DNA from: an uncultured Bacteroidales bacterium
Lineage (GTDB): Bacteria; Bacteroidota; Bacteroidia; Bacteroidales; JAEINX01
NCBI GenBank assembly: GCA_964462015.1
Contig: CAYWXI010000002.1
Coordinates: forward strand, 23,128-87,127
Direction: 5' to 3'
DNA: 64,000 bases
Shown here piece by piece: positions 59,671 through 64,000 of the stretch. Numbering within the stretch: position 1 is the stretch's first letter; the number at the start of each line of letters is the position of its first letter. The translations under genes were made by a program, and so were the position numbers. The notes beneath the pieces were generated by a model that was given only the letters and a program-made list of their open reading frames with translations, was not told the origin of the DNA and searched no databases.

Positions 59671-59852
59671 TTCTGTTTGTATAATAATACTTTGTGTTTA
59701 ATAATAACACACGTTAATTATTTGAAGCAAATGTACAAAATATGTACCGAACTCAGTATTTAATATATTTATTATAATAATTGATTTGTCGTTTTTTTTC
59801 TACCTTTGAAATTTTAAATTCAAAACCTCAAAATTAAATTAATTTCTAAATT

Positions 59853-61241
59853 ATGGATCAAATAAAAAAGACCCTGAGAGATTCGGCTAAAGCTCGATGG
59901 GGGGTGCTGATATTGGTAAGTTTTTTAATGGCGGCTAATTATTATTTTTACGATGCTTTGTCTCCACTAAAAAGCCTCCTGCAGGAGAAGCTTAATTTTT
60001 CTTCACAGGATTTCGGAGTTGTAGCCGGATTTTATGCTTTTCCGAATACATTTCTTTTGATGGCAATTTTAGGTGGAATAATTCTCGATAAATTAGGAAT
60101 CAGGCCAACAGGTTTTTTGTTTGCTGTTTTTATGCTTATTGGAGCTGTAATAACAGCCTATGGTGCTACTGATTACTACCGGGAAGGTGGTTTTGGATAT
60201 GGTTTAATGAATTCCTTTTGGTCATCGTATTCTCCGGAACTAAAAATGATGTCATTAGGAATGTTGATTTTTGGTTTAGGTGCAGAAACAAGTATTGTTG
60301 TTGCCAGCAAGGTCATTGTAAAATGGTTTAAGGGTTATGAAATCGCATTGGCATTTGCAATAAATTTGGGGATTGCCCGAATTGGAACCGCTCTGGCTTT
60401 CAATCTTTCTCCAAGGTTATTATTTGAAGGTAACTGGACTTTTCCTATTTGGTTTGCTGTGATGTTATTACTAATCGGTTTCGTTGGGTTTTTATTTTAT
60501 TTGATGTTTGATGTAAAACTTGATCGTCAGCAGCAGATAAAATCCAGCCTGATTGATAAAGACGAAGAATTTCATATTTCAGATTTAGGAAAATTGTTTA
60601 CAAATAAATCGTTTTTACTTATCACTGCATTGTGCGTTACTTTTTATGCAGGGGTGTTTCCATTCCTAAAGTATGCACCCGATTTTTTCTTTCATAAATA
60701 TGGAGTTTCTGAAAAAACAAGTGGTGATATTGCCTCATTATTACCTTACGGAACGGTTATTTTCACTCCGCTTTTTGGATGGTTTGTCGATAAAAAAGGA
60801 AAAAGCGCCTCATTAATGATCTATGGCTCGTTATTATTATTAATTGTTCATTTGCTATTTAGCTTTACATCATTCAATGTTTATGCATTAATGGTTTTGC
60901 TTGGAATTGCTTTCTCCTTAGTACCCGCAGCAATGTGGCCGGCAGTTGCAAAAATTGTACCGGAGCATCGTATTGGAACAGCTTACGGGGCAATGTTTTC
61001 TTTGCAAAATCTTGGGCTTTTTGGAGTACCGATTCTTGCGGGATATATGTTGGATGTTACAAATCCTGGTATTACACCCCAAATGATTGAAGAAGGTTCA
61101 AGACTTTATTATACTCCCACAATTCTGATGTTTGCAGCTTTTGGTGTTTTAGGATTTATTTTTGCACTTTTACTTAAACGAAATGATATAACATCCGGTT
61201 ATGGATTGGAATTGCCTTCGAATGCAAGTAAGGATGAATGA
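59853..61241 (+). CDS. MFS transporter
   Basis: Multi-TM; GGIILDKLGIR and GWFVDKKGK motif A copies. Confidence 0.92.
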   Translation: MDQIKKTLRDSAKARWGVLILVSFLMAANYYFYDALSPLKSLLQEKLNFSSQDFGVVAGFYAFPNTFLLMAILGGIILDKLGIRPTGFLFAVFMLIGAVITAYGATDYYREGGFGYGLMNSFWSSYSPELKMMSLGMLIFGLGAETSIVVASKVIVKWFKGYEIALAFAINLGIARIGTALAFNLSPRLLFEGNWTFPIWFAVMLLLIGFVGFLFYLMFDVKLDRQQQIKSSLIDKDEEFHISDLGKLFTNKSFLLITALCVTFYAGVFPFLKYAPDFFFHKYGVSEKTSGDIASLLPYGTVIFTPLFGWFVDKKGKSASLMIYGSLLLLIVHLLFSFTSFNVYALMVLLGIAFSLVPAAMWPAVAKIVPEHRIGTAYGAMFSLQNLGLFGVPILAGYMLDVTNPGITPQMIEEGSRLYYTPTILMFAAFGVLGFIFALLLKRNDITSGYGLELPSNASKDE

Positions 61242-61267
61242 GTCCGGTATATTAAGAGTTAAAATGA

Positions 61268-61342
61268 TTCACGCAAAGCACGCAAACGAATCGCAAAATA
61301 CGCAAAGTATTTATTATATTTTAATCATTAACTTTGCATGAA
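61268..61342. repeat. CGCAAAG-unit dispersed repeat, copy 2
   Basis: ttcacgcaaag cacgcaaac gaatcgcaaaa tacgcaaagt ... actttgcatgaa. Confidence 0.8.
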
Positions 61343-61380
61343 TAGATTAGTAATTTTTATTTAGCCTTAGTTTCATACAA

Positions 61381-62655
61381 ATGAAAAGCATCATCTTAGT
61401 TTTGTATATAGTTTTAATGCAATCAATTCTTGTAGCTCAAAACGAAATTAAACGAATCGAACTTCCTGTTAATTATGCACATGATTTTGAATTTATTAAC
61501 AACGATCATGGAAATGCCTGTTTATTTTTCGATTTAGGGGAAAGCTATTATATTGCTTTACTTGATTCAAATTACCAGGTAATTACAGAGTTCAAGGATA
61601 AATTTTATACTTCAAAAGAACCGGAATTTGTTGGGAGTATTGCAAATGAAGAAAGGTTTGAGTTATTCTTCAAGCGTTTTGAAGATGATGTTTTACTGGT
61701 CTTAATTATTGAAATTGAAAAAAGAAAACTTACTCGTATAAAAGATTTAAAAATTTGCGGAAAATCAGAGAAAAAGGTCATTTACACCGGTTCCAATTAT
61801 AGTGGAAATAGAATGATGACAATTTCATTAGATCAAAATGGGATAAATTATAAGGAACATTTATTAGGTTTAAAAACCAAGGATATCCATATTCAACTAA
61901 AACCGGAGGATTATAACATTTTTAAAAAAGCAAAAATGATTCAGTTTGAATTATATGCCGATTCTTTAATAATGCTTTATAGAATTGAAAATATTAAAAA
62001 TAATAATCCTTACTACAAAATATTTAATTTTGACATTAAAAGTGGATTGTATAATACTTTTGATATTTTTTGTAATCATAAACATAGAAAACCTTATCTT
62101 CATTGCAGGTTTTATGAAGATGTGGTGTTACTTGGTAATTGCCAATCGGATATAAAACTCTTTGACAGAATTACCGGTAATCTGATTAAGGATTTGTCAA
62201 TTGATTTTAATACTATTGTAAAAAACGAAAACATTAAGATGTTTAAATACAGTTATGCAAATAAATTTGATATATTTAGTAACCCAAAACAATATATTTA
62301 CTTAAGCGGAGAGGAAAGAGAATCTTTACCATATCTCGACAAAACATACAACTTTTATAAAGACAGTAATAATATTTATTTGAAAGTTTATTCCAAAGTA
62401 ATTTTCAATAGTTATTCAGGAGGGTACTTTATAGTAAGGATGTATATTCCATTTAACTGGGAAGAAAAATCAATAATCGAAAACCCTCCTGTATATAATC
62501 CTCCAATATTTGATCGCATTATATATGAAATCAATAAACAACAATCAAATAAAGTTGTAATATCAGACTATTTTGGGGGTTTTAATAATGAATTGCTTTT
62601 TGGATACAAGTTAAAAAGATCTAAAGAATTTGTGATCGAAAAGATTGAATTCTAA
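61381..62655 (+). CDS. Hypothetical exported protein
   Basis: 424-aa ORF with signal peptide; no motif recognised. Confidence 0.75.
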   Translation: MKSIILVLYIVLMQSILVAQNEIKRIELPVNYAHDFEFINNDHGNACLFFDLGESYYIALLDSNYQVITEFKDKFYTSKEPEFVGSIANEERFELFFKRFEDDVLLVLIIEIEKRKLTRIKDLKICGKSEKKVIYTGSNYSGNRMMTISLDQNGINYKEHLLGLKTKDIHIQLKPEDYNIFKKAKMIQFELYADSLIMLYRIENIKNNNPYYKIFNFDIKSGLYNTFDIFCNHKHRKPYLHCRFYEDVVLLGNCQSDIKLFDRITGNLIKDLSIDFNTIVKNENIKMFKYSYANKFDIFSNPKQYIYLSGEERESLPYLDKTYNFYKDSNNIYLKVYSKVIFNSYSGGYFIVRMYIPFNWEEKSIIENPPVYNPPIFDRIIYEINKQQSNKVVISDYFGGFNNELLFGYKLKRSKEFVIEKIEF

Positions 62656-62748
62656 TAAAATTATATTAAGCTGGTGATCCTTTACAACAAATGTCTATTA
62701 TCTCGTCGTTTATGACACAATTTTCCAAATTCAAATAAATATAGTAAA

Positions 62749-62991
62749 TTAAGCATATTTTGAATTATCCCATAAGGTTTCAGGTGCAATGTCAATATTT
62801 CCGGGCCATACTACTGTTCCATAAGCAACTTTTGCTTGCATGAATAAAGGTGAATTTTTTAGTCGATTAAATGGTTTTTTATCTAAATAAGGAGTCATAT
62901 CAAAAATTCGTTCTTTTTTATTTTCAAAAACAAGATACAATGTGTAATCTTTACGTGCTTGAACACTTATAACATCTAATAAAGCTTCCAT
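62749..62991 (-). CDS. DUF2442-family protein (TA-like pair)
   Basis: YTLYLVFEN..FDM.PYL..GTVVW..DIAPE.L. Confidence 0.85.
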   Translation of the reverse strand: MEALLDVISVQARKDYTLYLVFENKKERIFDMTPYLDKKPFNRLKNSPLFMQAKVAYGTVVWPGNIDIAPETLWDNSKYA

Positions 62992-63006
62992 GGATTCCTC
63001 CTATTA

Positions 63007-63276
63007 TTATTGTAATGGATTAATGCGAAAAGGTTCTTCTCCCGAAACAGCTAACTCCCAATCAGCCATTAATTCTTCTTTGTGAATTTCAATCCATGCT
63101 GTAACTAATCGTAGCTGTTTTGTTGGAAAATTTCCTGCTAAAACTGAGCTGTTTTCAATTGAAATTGCTGCTTTTTTCCCTTGATAGCGAACATGTATGT
63201 GTGGTTTATTATGACGTCCAATATCTGCATAAAATATTGAAACAACTATTCCATAAAACATTGATATTACCGGCAT
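63007..63276 (-). CDS. DUF4160-family protein (TA-like pair)
   Basis: MPVISMFYGI..HNKPHIHVRY..W.EIH..EL..W. Confidence 0.88.
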   Translation of the reverse strand: MPVISMFYGIVVSIFYADIGRHNKPHIHVRYQGKKAAISIENSSVLAGNFPTKQLRLVTAWIEIHKEELMADWELAVSGEEPFRINPLQ

Positions 63277-63327
63277 ATCTCAATTCTTTTTTTTTATTCC
63301 TTTCTTATCGCTACAAATTTAAATAAA

Positions 63328-64000
63328 TTATTCAACAAAAAACTTACAAACCTTCGATCTTTCTCCATTTCCAACTTTTATAAAATAAACTCCTGATGGT
63401 TTATCTGAGATATCAAAATTCCAAACGCTTTTTGTTTCTGAGATTTGTAAATTTCTTTTATTAACAGTTGATCCAAGTATATCAATTATTGACACATTAA
63501 GTTCACCTATAAAATCTGAATTTATTTCCAGGCAAAATTTTCCGTTTGAAGGATTAGGATATATTTCAAGAAAACTTGCTTCAAAATCAAGCTGATTTTC
63601 TTCAATACCGACAACCGGATTTATTAACTCTGTCATCCATATACCTCTGCCATAGGTTGCCGCATAAAGATTACTTTCATTATAATCAATTTCAAGTTCA
63701 CAAATGATAACATTTGGAAGATTCTCGCTAAACAGTTGCCAATCAACATAATCATCATTAAGATGATAAATTCCAAGATCGGTTCCGATATAAACATCGT
63801 GTTTTTCGCTAAAAAGTTGATATACAACTGTACTTACAGGTAAATTAGGAAGGCTTCCTGAAATATTTTCCCAATCCTGTCCTCCGTTGATTGTTTTATA
63901 AACTTTCTTCCCGTCTTCAAAACCTGTGCATGATACAAAAACAACATCAGGATTTTCGGCTATGGAAATATCATTAATATAGCTATTGAATGACGGCAAA
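63328..64000 (-). CDS. C-terminal part of a BNR/VPS10-like propeller protein with T9SS domain (5' end outside window)
   Basis: YKTINGGQDW, GTDLGIY, AATYGRGIW, IYPNPSNG. Confidence 0.88.
   Translation of the reverse strand, partial: LPSFNSYINDISIAENPDVVFVSCTGFEDGKKVYKTINGGQDWENISGSLPNLPVSTVVYQLFSEKHDVYIGTDLGIYHLNDDYVDWQLFSENLPNVIICELEIDYNESNLYAATYGRGIWMTELINPVVGIEENQLDFEASFLEIYPNPSNGKFCLEINSDFIGELNVSIIDILGSTVNKRNLQISETKSVWNFDISDKPSGVYFIKVGNGERSKVCKFFVE

Noticed and set aside
62749-63276. DUF4160/DUF2442 pair as a novel system
   Set aside because: A widespread, already recognised TA-like pair; nothing unusual seen here

Overview
AT-rich chromosomal DNA from an anaerobic Bacteroidota (Bacteroidales-like) organism. 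Support: many T9SS C-terminal sorting domains, TAnnTTTG promoters, alpha2-type glycyl-tRNA ligase. The main block (9.8-26.2 kb) is a complete [FeFe]-hydrogenase locus: trimeric electron-bifurcating-type hydCBA plus the maturases hydG/F/E. It is interleaved with a dense signalling set: a Cache-PAS kinase, a NarL-type regulator, a pseudo-receiver, two stand-alone receivers, a sensory hydrogenase-histidine kinase fusion and a receiver-kinase hybrid. A candidate Rex operator sits on the promoter. The rest holds housekeeping genes, a DUF1080/Gfo-Idh-MocA/ApbE keto-sugar cluster, a MacAB-like exporter and many T9SS cargo proteins. Several small defence/TA islets also occur: an AbiF-like HEPN gene with an upstream structured RNA, an ABC-ATPase plus nuclease-like pair, a glycosylase-like plus deiminase-like pair, RelE/ParE and DUF4160/DUF2442 pairs, and a rhuM gene behind a 38-codon collapsed hsdM. 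Intergenic spacers carry several families of short tandem/inverted repeats. No rRNA, tRNA, CRISPR array, transposase or integrase was seen. Family names come from motif recognition by eye, not from database searches.
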